Source of the DNA: an uncultured Actinomycetes bacterium
GTDB lineage: Bacteria; Actinomycetota; Thermoleophilia; Gaiellales; Gaiellaceae
DNA: 64,000 nucleotides
Direction of reading: 5' to 3'
Assembly: GCA_963720065.1 (NCBI GenBank)
Contig: CAVREH010000018.1
Location: forward strand, 7,083 to 71,082
In this document: piece by piece, positions 50,526 to 59,430 of the stretch
Numbering within the stretch: the first letter of the stretch is position 1
How the letters are laid out: each line of letters starts with the position of its first letter
Position numbers and translations under genes: made by a program
Notes under the pieces: generated by a model
The model's input: the letters and a program-made list of their open reading frames with translations, nothing else
Told to the model about the DNA's origin: nothing
The model's database searches: none

Positions 50526-51063
50526 GCTCGACCTCCAGCGTCTCGCGCAGCTGCTCCAACGCGCGCGCGAGGCGGGAGTTGACGGTGCCGACCGGAAGAT
50601 CGAGCGCGTCCGCGATCTGCTTCGGCGTCATCCCGACCCCGTAGCGCAGGACGACGACGACGCGCCGCTCGAGCGAGAGCTCGGCCACTGACGCGAGTAG
50701 GCCGCGGTCGCCCGCCTCGGGCGCGGGCGCGAGATCCGGCGTGTCGGGCAGCTCCTCGTCGGAGAGGCGGCGCTCGGCGCGCAGGAGGTCGAGCGCGCGG
50801 TTCGCGACGATCCGGTGCAGCCACGGCCCGAACGGACGCCGGTCGTCGAAGCGTCCCAGCGCGGCGAACGCGCGCTCGAAGCCGTCGGCGGCGACGTCGT
50901 CCGCGAGCGACCGGCGCCCGGTGATGGCGTACGCGGCGCGCCAGGCTTCGCGCCAGTAGCGGCGGAACAGCGCAGCCGCGGCTTCACGGTCGCCGCGGCG
51001 GGCCTTCCGTACGAGGTCTCGGTCACTCGGTTCACGCACTCCTCTGCAGTCTGGTACGAACAA
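50515..51063 (-). CDS. ECF-type RNA polymerase sigma factor
   Basis: Region 2 is FRRYWREAWRAAYAITGRRSLADDVAADGFERAF...PFGPWLHRIVANRALDLLR. Region 4 is LRYGVGMTPKQIADALDLPVGTVNSRLARA. Confidence 0.9.
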   Translation of the reverse strand: MFVPDCRGVREPSDRDLVRKARRGDREAAAALFRRYWREAWRAAYAITGRRSLADDVAADGFERAFAALGRFDDRRPFGPWLHRIVANRALDLLRAERRLSDEELPDTPDLAPAPEAGDRGLLASVAELSLERRVVVVLRYGVGMTPKQIADALDLPVGTVNSRLARALEQLRETLEVEHVE

Positions 51064-51070
51064 GCGGCGT

Positions 51071-51340
51071 TTGCAGGTCCCGGACGGGAATACTCCCGGG
51101 GTGAGCGACTGGCAGGAGCAGGACGACGCGCTCGTGCGGGAGTTCGAGCTCCCGACGTTCCCCGCGGCGATCGAGTTCGTCGACCGGCTCGCCGAGCTGG
51201 CGGAGGGCGCGGATCACCATCCGGACATCGACATCCGGTACCGCCGCGTCACCGTCCGGTGGACGACGCATTCCGAGGGCGGGGTCACAGAGAAGGATCG
51301 CGAGCTGGCGGAGCAGACGTCGGCTCTTGCCGCCGCGTAG
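51071..51340 (+). CDS. 4a-hydroxytetrahydrobiopterin dehydratase (start TTG 51071 or GTG 51101)
   Basis: FPAAIEFVDRLAELAEGADHHPDIDIRYRRVTVRWTTHSEGGVTEKD is the PCD/DCoH signature. Confidence 0.85.
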   Translation: MQVPDGNTPGVSDWQEQDDALVREFELPTFPAAIEFVDRLAELAEGADHHPDIDIRYRRVTVRWTTHSEGGVTEKDRELAEQTSALAAA

Positions 51341-51386
51341 CGCGTCGCTGCGCCGGTACAAGGTAAATCCTGGAGAGAGGGCTGAG

Positions 51387-52526
51387 ATGGACACGACCAA
51401 GTACCTGATCGTCGGCGCCGGCATGACCGGCGACATGGCGGCGAAGGGCATCCGCGAGCACGACTCAGAGGGCTCGATCACGATGGTCGGCGCCGAGCCC
51501 AATCCGCCGTACAAGCGGCCGCTGCTGACGAAGGGCCTGTGGCAGGGCGCACCCGAGGAGAAGATCTGGCGTGAGACGGCGGACGGCGTCGAGCTCGTCA
51601 CCGGCCGCCGGATCGTGTCGCTCGACCTCGAGGCGCACACCGCGACCGACGATGCCGGCGAGGAGTACTCCTGGGAGAAGCTCCTGCTCGCCACCGGCGC
51701 GAAGCCGCGCGAGATTCCCGGCGCCGAAGGCGTCATCTGGTACCGCACGCTCGCCGACTACCACCGCCTGCGCGAGATCGCGCCGGAGGGATCGCACGTC
51801 GTCGTGATCGGCGGTGGCTTCATCGGCTCGGAGATCGCGGCCGGCCTCGTCGGCAACGGCTGCCGCGTCACGATGGTCTTCCCCGAGCCTGGCATCGGCT
51901 TTCGGCTCTTCCCGCTCGGCCTGTCGAAGTTCGTGGCCGGCTACTACCGCGAGAAGGGCGTCGACGTGCGCAGTGAGGAGCTCGTCGCCTCGGCCTCGGG
52001 CAGCCGGGTCGAGACCGAGTCCGGCCTCTCGCTCGAGGCGGACGCGGTCGTCGCCGGCCTGGGCGTGATCCCGGACACCGAGCTCGCGGAGGCTGCCGGG
52101 CTGGAAGTCGCGGACGGAATCGTCGTCGACGAGTACGGGCGCGTGCCCGGTCACGAGGACGTCTTCGCCGCAGGCGACGTGGCGCGCTTCCCGGTGCGCG
52201 CGCTCGGCACGACGATGCGGATCGAGCACGAGGATCACGCGAACTCGCATGGGAAGGCCGTCGGCGCGAACATGGCCGGTGCCGGCGCGCCGTACGACCA
52301 TCTGCCGTTCTTCTACTCCGATCTCTTCGACCTCGGCTACGAAGCGGTCGGGATCGTCGACTCCCGGCTGGAGGTCGTCGAGAACTGGCAGGAGCCGAAC
52401 CGGAAGGGTGTCATCACCTACGTCGAGGACGGCAAGCCGCGCGGCGTGCTGCTCTGGAACGTCTGGGGCAAGCTCGACGACGCGCGCGAGCTGATCCGCG
52501 CCGGAGAGGGAGCGCTTGAGGTCTAG
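51387..52526 (+). CDS. FAD/NAD(P)-dependent pyridine nucleotide-disulfide oxidoreductase (ferredoxin reductase/AIF-like)
   Basis: GGAGAGAGG precedes ATG 51387. LIVGAGMTGD, VVIGGGFIGSEIA, FAAGDVA and the C-terminal reductase domain are present. Intact, 379 aa. Confidence 0.88.
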   Translation: MDTTKYLIVGAGMTGDMAAKGIREHDSEGSITMVGAEPNPPYKRPLLTKGLWQGAPEEKIWRETADGVELVTGRRIVSLDLEAHTATDDAGEEYSWEKLLLATGAKPREIPGAEGVIWYRTLADYHRLREIAPEGSHVVVIGGGFIGSEIAAGLVGNGCRVTMVFPEPGIGFRLFPLGLSKFVAGYYREKGVDVRSEELVASASGSRVETESGLSLEADAVVAGLGVIPDTELAEAAGLEVADGIVVDEYGRVPGHEDVFAAGDVARFPVRALGTTMRIEHEDHANSHGKAVGANMAGAGAPYDHLPFFYSDLFDLGYEAVGIVDSRLEVVENWQEPNRKGVITYVEDGKPRGVLLWNVWGKLDDARELIRAGEGALEV

Positions 52527-52568
52527 CGCCCTCGCCCGGTCGCGCAAGCCCCGCCGCGGGACGAGCTC

Positions 52569-53263
52569 GTGTGCGAGAAGGTCTTCCGGCCGCTCGCGCA
52601 CCCGCTCGTCCTGGTGCTCGCGTGGCTGCGGGTGCCGCCGCCTGTCGTGGTCGCGGCCGCCGGTGCGGTGGGAGTCGCGGCCGCCGTCGAGCTCGGGCGC
52701 GGCTCGCTCCTGGTCGCCGCTCTGCTGATCCAGCTCAAGACGCTGCTCGACAACGCCGACGGCCAGCTCGCGCGCCTCACCGGCCGGATCAGCGCCTTCG
52801 GGCGGTATCTCGACTCGGAGCTCGACCTGCTCGTGAACGCGGCGCTCTTCGCCGCTCTCGCCTGGACGACCGGTCAGCCGGCGCTCGCGCTCGCCGGCTT
52901 TCTCGCGCTCACGAGCGTCCTCAGCCTCAACTTCAACGCAGAGCGGCTGTCGCGGGTGGCCGTGGCGGACTCCGAGCCGCAGGGGCGGGCGACCGCCGTG
53001 TGCGCCGGATCTACGGCCTCCTCTACGCGCCGCAGGACCGGCTCGCCGAGGCGCTCGTGGCGCGGCGCCCGGCGCTCATCGGCCCCATCGCCGTCTCGCT
53101 GCTCGCGAATCTCGGAATGTCGACGCAGCTCGCCGCGTTCGGGCTGCTGACCGCTCTTGGACACCCACTCGCCTTCGCCTGGGTCGCACTCGCGGAGGCA
53201 GCCGTAATCGCGCTCGCGCTTCTTCCGCGGCGCGCGCCCAGACGACAGGAGGAACTCGCATGA
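52569..53263 (+). pseudogene. CDP-alcohol phosphatidyltransferase family protein, one frameshift ~52990
   Basis: The motif is DNADGQLARLTGRISAFGRYLDSELDLLVN. The C-terminal TM part (IYGLLYAPQDRL...LLANLGMSTQLAAFGLL) lies in the frame of ORF 52571-53263. Confidence 0.75.
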
Positions 53264-53889
53264 GCACCAACGTCTTCGAGCTTCCCGCCCACGACGGCGA
53301 GGCGGCGCGCAAGCTCACGCCGGCGGACTGGGCGCGCCTCGAGCGCAACGCGGCCGAGATCCTCGCCGCGCTCGGTCTCGACCTCGACACCCCGGGCACG
53401 CACGACACGCCGCGCCGGTTCGTGCGGGCGCTCTATGACGCGACGGCCGGCTACGACGGCGACCCGAAGCTGCGCACCGTGTTCCCGACCGAGCGCCCCG
53501 AAGGCGTCGAGGGACGGCATGCCCAGATCGTCGAAGGCCCCGTCGGCTTCTACGCGCTGTGCGAGCACCACGCGCTGCCCTTCCACGGACGCGCCTACGT
53601 CGGTTACGTCGCCGGCGACGAGATCCTCGGCATCTCCAAGCTCACTCGCCTCGTGCGGCTCTACGCGCGCCGCTTCACGGTGCAGGAGCGGATGGCGGAG
53701 GAGATCGCGGACGGCCTGCAGGAGCTGGCGGGCGCGCGCGGCGTCGCGGTGAGGCTCGAGGCCGCGCACATGTGCACCGCGATGCGCGGCGTCGAGGAGG
53801 ACGGCTCCCTCACGGTCACGACGGTCTGGCGCGGCCTGTACGACGAGGATGCCGCCCTGCGCTCGGAGTTCCTTAGTCTGACGCGATGA
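53260..53889 (+). CDS. folE: GTP cyclohydrolase I FolE
   Basis: The ATG overlaps the upstream stop (ATGA). THDTPRRFVRAL, LCEHHALPFHGRAYVGY, GISKLTRLVRLYARRFTVQERM and AAHMCTAMRGV are present. Intact. Confidence 0.93.
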   Translation: MSTNVFELPAHDGEAARKLTPADWARLERNAAEILAALGLDLDTPGTHDTPRRFVRALYDATAGYDGDPKLRTVFPTERPEGVEGRHAQIVEGPVGFYALCEHHALPFHGRAYVGYVAGDEILGISKLTRLVRLYARRFTVQERMAEEIADGLQELAGARGVAVRLEAAHMCTAMRGVEEDGSLTVTTVWRGLYDEDAALRSEFLSLTR

Positions 53890-54049
53890 TCCACCGGGCA
53901 CTGCGGCCCCGAATCCGGGTCGCGAGCACCAAGCGATGCGAGGACGCAGGGAGGGCCGATAGCGGCGCCTATCGGCGCGACCGAGGACGCCGCAGCGCGC
54001 AGCGTGATCGCGGGCCGGAGCGAGGCATGTAGTGGCGGGTGGATCATCG
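53884..54049 (+). repeat. ~165-nt hairpin-closed intercistronic element, copy A (candidate cis-acting RNA motif)
   Basis: The 12-bp perfect closing inverted repeat is cgatgatccacc/ggtggatcatcg. The core is GGACGCAGGGAG, a hairpin (ccgatag/ctatcgg), then CGCGACCGAGGACGC. This core is shared with the reverse complement of 58036-58198. Confidence 0.75.
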
Positions 54050-54851
54050 ATCGAGCCGTTCAGGGTCCTCGCGGAGGACGAGGACCTGCCGCGGTGGGAC
54101 GTCCCCGAGCAGCTCGTGGAGCTCTACGGCGGCGCGATCGGCCTGGAGGAGCCGTGCGTCGTGGCGAACTTCGTCGAGTCGCTCGACGGCGTGGTGGCGG
54201 TGCCGCGGCTGCCGCGCTCGCACGCCGTGATCGGCGACGAGAGCGAGGCCGATCGGTTCGTCCTCGCCCTCGTGCGTGCGTGCGCCGATGCGGTCGTCGT
54301 CGGCTCCGGCACGCTGCTCGCCTCGCCGCAGGGGACGTGGCGGATCGACCGCGCGTATCCGCCGGCCGCCGAGGCGCTGGCCGAGCTGCGCGCTCGTCGC
54401 GGTCGCTCGGCGCAGCCCCTCGTCGTGGTCGTCACCACGGGCGCCTCGCTCGATCCGGCCCACGCGGTGCTCGAGTCCGGTGCGCTCGTGCTCACGACCG
54501 AGGCGGCGGCGGACGGCCTGCGGGCGTCGGTCCCGGACGCGGCGGAGGTCGTCGCCGTGAACGACGGCGAGACGGTCGACCTCGCGCGGGCCCTAAACGT
54601 GCTGCGCGACCGCGGCTGCTCCGTGATCCTGACGGAGGCAGGCCCGTCGCTGTTCGGCTCGCTCGTGGCCGCGGGGCTCGTGGACGAGCTCTTCCTCACC
54701 GTCTCCCCCGTCCTCGCCGGACGTGGCGCCACCGCGCGGCTCGGCCTGGTCGAAGGCGTCGAGCTCGTCCCGCAGACGCGAGTCGCCGGCCGGCTCCGCT
54801 CGGTGCGGACCCAGCGGCTCGCACCTCTTCCTCCGCTACGGGCTCCGCTAG
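54032..54851 (+). pseudogene. RibD C-terminal domain (dihydrofolate reductase-like) family reductase, one frameshift ~54805; start 54032 or ~54113
   Basis: CVVANFVESLDGVVA, ADAVVVGSGTL, ILTEAGPSLFGSLVAAGLVDELFLTVSPVLAG are present. The tail GSHLFLRYGLR lies in another frame and ends at TAG 54849-54851. Confidence 0.75.
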
Positions 54852-55153
54852 CCGGGCTTGTTGAGCTGCCGGTAGAGCCGGTCGATCAGCGCCGGCATCG
54901 CCTCGAGCCGGTCCGTGATCACCCGCAGGCGGTACTCCCGGAAGTGCTCGGGCTCGACCTCGAGTGCGTCCGCGAGCGTGGCCACCACGTCGTTCGACGG
55001 CACGGGGCGATTCCCGTGCACGAGGTGGTTGAGGTATCCGGCCGAGAGCCCGGTGCGCGCGGCGAGCTGCCGGTACGTGACTGCCTGCTCGTCCATCAGG
55101 CTCTGGACGGTCTCGCCGAACCCCTCCTCGCTGAACCGACGCCGCTTGGCCAC
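54848..55153 (-). CDS. XRE-family helix-turn-helix transcriptional regulator
   Basis: The HTH is LMDEQAVTYRQLAARTGLSAGYLNHLVHGNRPVPSNDVV. The GTG start lies 3 nt after the proS stop. Confidence 0.85.
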   Translation of the reverse strand: MAKRRRFSEEGFGETVQSLMDEQAVTYRQLAARTGLSAGYLNHLVHGNRPVPSNDVVATLADALEVEPEHFREYRLRVITDRLEAMPALIDRLYRQLNKPG

Positions 55154-55156
55154 GTC

Positions 55157-56815
55157 CTAGACCTCCTTGCCGAGATCGGCAACATCTAATCGGTTCTCGG
55201 CGCCGCTTGCGCGATTTCGCACGTCGACTTTGCCGTCCTCGAGGCTCTTGCGGCCCGCCGTGATGCGGATAGGGCACCCGATCAGGTCGGCGTCGGCGAA
55301 CTTCTCCCCCGCCCTCTGGTCGCGATCGTCGAGGAGGACGTCGAGACCTGCCGCCGACAGAGCCTCGGCTGCCTGCAGCGCGATCTCCTCGGCGCCCGGC
55401 AGCGCTACGACGTGCGCGTCGTACGGTGCGACCGCCTGCGGCCACACGATCCCGTTCTCGTCGTGCGACTGCTCGACGACGGCTGCCATCGTGCGCGCGA
55501 GGCCGATGCCGTAGCTGCCCATGACGAGCGGCTTCTCCCTCCCGTCCTCGTCCAGAAACGTCGCGCCGAACGGCTGCGAGTGGAACGTGCCGAGCTTGAA
55601 GATGTGGCCGACCTCGATCGCCGTCTGGATGCGGAGCGTGCCGCCGCACTCGGGGCAGGCGTCACCGTCCTTCGCCTGGCGGATGTCGGCGAAGGTCGGC
55701 TCGTAGTCACGGCCGGCCTGGACGCCGCGGAGATGCTTGCCGTCCTCGTTCGCGCCGGCGACGTACTGGCCCTCGCGGAGCGCCTCGTCGGCGATCACCT
55801 CGAGGTCGACCCCGACCGGCCCGAGCGAGCCTCCGCCCGCTCCGAAGGCGGCCCGGATCTCCTCGTCCGTCGCCGGGCGGAATGCCGCCTCGAAGAACGT
55901 CTCGAGCTTCCCTTCGCTCAGCTTGTCGTCGCCCCGCACGAGCGCGAGCACCAGCCGGTCGCCGGTCACGACCGGCAGGGCCTTCGAGGTCGCGGACGGC
56001 GCGACCGAGAGGAACGCCGCGAGCTCGTCGATCGTCCCGACGCCGGGCGTCTCGACCACCTCGGGGGCATCCAGCGGAGGAGGCAGCTCCGCCTGAGGAG
56101 GCGCGCCGCGTGCGGCCTCCGCATCGGCGAAGTAGTCGCCGTTCTCGCAGCGCATCAGCTCGTTCTCGCCCGAGCCCGTCGGTGCCAGGAAGTCCTTGGA
56201 CTCCTTGCCGCCCATAACCCCGGACTCGGCCTCCACGAGATAGGCCTCGAGGCCGCAGCGCTCGAAGATCCGCCGGTACGCCTCCTCGTGCCTCGTGAAT
56301 GCGGCCTCGAGCCCGGCCTCGTCGGCGTCGAACGTGTACGAGTCCTTCATGATGAACTCGCGCAGGCGCAGGAGGCCGCCGCGCGGGCGCGGCTCGTCGC
56401 GGTCCTTGGTCGAGAAGTGGTACCAGACCTGCGGCAGCTGCTTGTACGACTGGATCTCGCGCGCGAGGAACGTCATCGACTCCTCGTGCGTCCACGAGAG
56501 CACGAACCGCCGGCCGCCGCTGTCGTTCAGGTGGAACAGGATCGGGACGTCGATACGGCCGGTCGTCTCCCAGAGCTCGGCGGGCGTGAGCGTCGGAGCG
56601 CGCATCTCCTGGCCGCCGATCGCGTCGATCTCCTCGCGGATGATCTGCTCGATCCGCATGTGCACGCGCCAGCCGAGCGGCAGCATCGCCCAGAGCCCGG
56701 CCCCGATCTGGCGGATGAAGCCGCCGCGCACGAGCAACTGGTGCGAGGCAGCCTCCGCGTCGGCGGGCGGCTCGCGCAGGGTCGGCAGGAAGAGCTGTGA
56801 GGCTCGGGCGATCAT
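55157..56815 (-). CDS. proS: proline--tRNA ligase
   Basis: Intact 552 aa. HQLLVRGGFIRQ, LSWTHEE, FRDEPRPRGGLLRLREF-like and GSYGIG motifs are present. Confidence 0.95.
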   Translation of the reverse strand: MIARASQLFLPTLREPPADAEAASHQLLVRGGFIRQIGAGLWAMLPLGWRVHMRIEQIIREEIDAIGGQEMRAPTLTPAELWETTGRIDVPILFHLNDSGGRRFVLSWTHEESMTFLAREIQSYKQLPQVWYHFSTKDRDEPRPRGGLLRLREFIMKDSYTFDADEAGLEAAFTRHEEAYRRIFERCGLEAYLVEAESGVMGGKESKDFLAPTGSGENELMRCENGDYFADAEAARGAPPQAELPPPLDAPEVVETPGVGTIDELAAFLSVAPSATSKALPVVTGDRLVLALVRGDDKLSEGKLETFFEAAFRPATDEEIRAAFGAGGGSLGPVGVDLEVIADEALREGQYVAGANEDGKHLRGVQAGRDYEPTFADIRQAKDGDACPECGGTLRIQTAIEVGHIFKLGTFHSQPFGATFLDEDGREKPLVMGSYGIGLARTMAAVVEQSHDENGIVWPQAVAPYDAHVVALPGAEEIALQAAEALSAAGLDVLLDDRDQRAGEKFADADLIGCPIRITAGRKSLEDGKVDVRNRASGAENRLDVADLGKEV

Positions 56816-56833
56816 CGGCGTTGTCGCCCTAGG

Positions 56834-57969
56834 CTATTCGAGGGGGATCATCGACGCTTCGGCCATGGCCAGGGCGGCCGGCTTCGCCATCTTGAGGCGC
56901 TTCGGTCGGTGCATCCCGTCGGCGATCCACCTGTCGATCTCGTGGAAGAGCTCGTCGATCAGGATGTCTGAGCTGACCTTCTTAGCACGCGGCCGTGCGC
57001 GTAGATGAAGCCGACGTCGCGGCCGCCTGCGATGCCGAAGTCGGCGTCGCCCGACTCGCCCGGGCCGTTGACCGCGCAGCCGAGCACCGCGACCTCGAAG
57101 TGCCTGCGGGTAGTCCTGCAGCCGTCGCTCGACCTCCTCGGCGAGCGTGTGGACGCCGACGTTGTCGCGGCCGCAGCTCGGGCAGGCGATCATCACCGGC
57201 CCGCGCTCGCGCAGGCCGAGCGCTTTGAGGATCTCGTACGCCGTCTTCGGCTCCTCGACCGGGTCGGAGGAGAGCGAGACGCGAATCGTGTCGCCGATTC
57301 CCTCGGCGAGCAGCGTGCCGATCCCGACGGCGCTCTTGATCGAGCCGGCGAAGACGGTGCCGGCCTCGGTCACGCCGAGGTGGAGCGGGTACGTCGACCT
57401 TCTCCGAGAGCATCCGGTACGCGCGGATCATCGTCGGCACGTGGCTCGACTTGACGGAGATCTTGAAGTCGTAGAAGTCGAGGCTCTCGAGCAGGCGCAC
57501 CTCCTCGAGCGCGGCCTCGACGAGCGCCTCGGCCTGATCCTTCTGCGCGAGCTCCTCGAGGTGCTTCGGCAGCGAGCCGGAGTTCGCGCCGATCCGCATC
57601 GGGATCCCCTTCGCCTTCGCCGCGCGCGACGACCTCGGCGACCTTGTCGGGGCCGCCGATGTTGCCGGGGTTGATGCGCACCGCGGCGACGCCCTGGTCG
57701 ATCGCCTTCAGCGCCAGGCTCGCGTTGAAGTGGATGTCCGCGATGATCGGCACCGGCGAGAAGCGGACGATCTTCGAGAGCGCCTCTGCGTCCTCCGTCT
57801 TCGGCACCGCGACGCGGACGATCTCGCAGCCCGCGCTCGCGAGCGCCGCGACCTGCGCGGTGGTCGCCTCGACGTCATGCGTCTTCGTCGTCGTCATCGA
57901 CTGCACGACGACGGGCGCGCCGCCGCCGATCTTGACGCCGCCGACCGAGATCTGCCGCTTGCTGGCCAT
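56834..57969 (-). pseudogene. ispG: 4-hydroxy-3-methylbut-2-en-1-yl diphosphate synthase IspG, ~4 frameshifts
   Basis: [58 protein letters not shown] and the C-terminal tail lie in ORFs 57370-57969, 56982-57599 and 56834-57373, plus short bridging pieces. Confidence 0.88.
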
Positions 57970-58035
57970 CCGGGACTCAGTCTAGCCCCGCGGGTTCCCG
58001 CCGAACCGCGCCCTCAGAGGACGCTGAGACGGCTT

Positions 58036-58198
58036 AGAACTCGTCTCGAAATGAAGCACGGACTGCCCGGCCGCGCTGGTCGGCGCGATCCTGCGTCCTC
58101 GGTCGCGCGAATAGCGCTGCTATTCACGCTCCCTGCGTCCTTGTCTCGCACTCGACCATCGCACCCGGTCAGCGCGTGGTCATCCCGAGACGAGTTCT
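58036..58198 (-). repeat. ~165-nt hairpin-closed intercistronic element, copy B (reverse strand)
   Basis: The 13-bp perfect closing inverted repeat is agaactcgtctcg/cgagacgagttct. The reverse complement carries GGACGCAGGGAG, a hairpin (gaatag/ctattc), then CGCGACCGAGGACGC. It abuts the rseP stop codon and lies upstream of ispG. Confidence 0.75.
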
Positions 58199-59430
58199 CA
58201 GTGCGGCGCGCCGGATAGGTCGTTCGAGAACGCGATCACCATGACGAGCAGGATGAAGGCGAAGCCGACGACCGAGACGCGCTCGTAGACCTCACGGGCG
58301 AGAGCGCGCCGGCGGACCGCCTCGATGAGCGAGAAGAGGATGTGGCCGCCGTCGAGCGGCAGGAGTGGCAGTAGATTCAGCAGCGCGAGCGACATGCTCA
58401 CGAACGCGAGGATCTCGAGGTAGTGCGTCAGGCCGACCCGCAGCTGCTGCTGCGAGACCTCGACGATCCCGACCGTTCCCGAGAGCTGGCTGCGCCCCTG
58501 GCTGGAGAAGAGCCCGCGGAGCCCGGTCGCCGTTCCGGTCGACGACGCTCCAGAGGTCCGATCCCGCGGTGGTGGCTGCTCTGCCGGTCGAATACGGGAC
58601 GATCTGCGCCTCGGGCTCGAAGCCGAAGATCCAGCGGCCGCCGAGCTTGACCGTGTGGCGCGGCCCGACCTCGACCCGCTGCCCGTTGCGCAGCACCGTC
58701 AGCGTCGACCTCGCGCCCGTGGCTCGCCCTGATCCGACCCGACGCAGCGTCGAAGGTTCTCGTGCGGTCGACCGTTGACGGCGACGATCCGGTCCCCGGG
58801 CTGCAGGCCCGCCGCCGCCGCCGGAGTGCCGCTCTCGACCGCGGCCACCTGTGCGGAGGCGCGCGACGACGGGCCTCCGCTGATGGCGAAGACGAGAAAG
58901 AGGATCGCGAAGGCGACGAGGATGTTCGCCAGCGGTCCGGCGGCGATGACGGCGATGCGCTTCCACGTCGCACCGTGCCAGTAGGCCTCGGGCGAGGTGC
59001 CCTCCTTCACGTCACGGAGCACTCGCTCGGCCGAGCGTCTCGCCCGGGGCGTCAGCTCGGCGGCGCTCACCTCGCGCTCGAGCTCGAAACAGGCGTGCCG
59101 CGCAGTGTCGTAGTCCTCTGCCTCGAGAGCGCGCCGGACCGCTCCGACAGCCGGCACAAGGCTGGGCTGCTCGCGCATGGCCGGCTCCAGGAACAGGCTC
59201 AGGTCCCGCGCGGCCGGCCGGTTCATGCCGGGAAGCTGGACCATGCCGCCGAGCGGGATCATCCCGATCCCGTACTCGATGCCCTTGCGCTGGATCTTGA
59301 AGAGAGCGGGCGGGAAGCCGATGTAGAAGCTCCGCGGCCGCATCCCGACCGCGCGCGCGACCGAGAAGTGACCGAGCTCGTGCAGGAAAACGAGCAGGAC
59401 GAGGCCGGCGATGACGACGAGCCAGGTCAC
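58198..59430 (-). pseudogene. rseP: RIP metalloprotease RseP (site-2 protease, M50 with PDZ), several frameshifts
   Basis: LLVFLHELGHFSVA (HExxH), a PDZ piece (PAAAAGLQPGDRIVAVNG) and the C-terminal LALLNLLPLLPLDGGHILF lie in different frames. GTG 59430 overlaps the dxr stop (GTGA). Confidence 0.85.

Noticed and set aside
53884-54049. The element upstream of the RibD_C gene as an FMN, THF, TPP or ZTP riboswitch
   Set aside because: By eye it lacks the invariant cores of these classes (the RFN GGAUGGGAGA-type 3' end, TPP CUGAGA, ZTP CCGCCUGGGC). Its homolog sits upstream of ispG, which fits none of these ligands.
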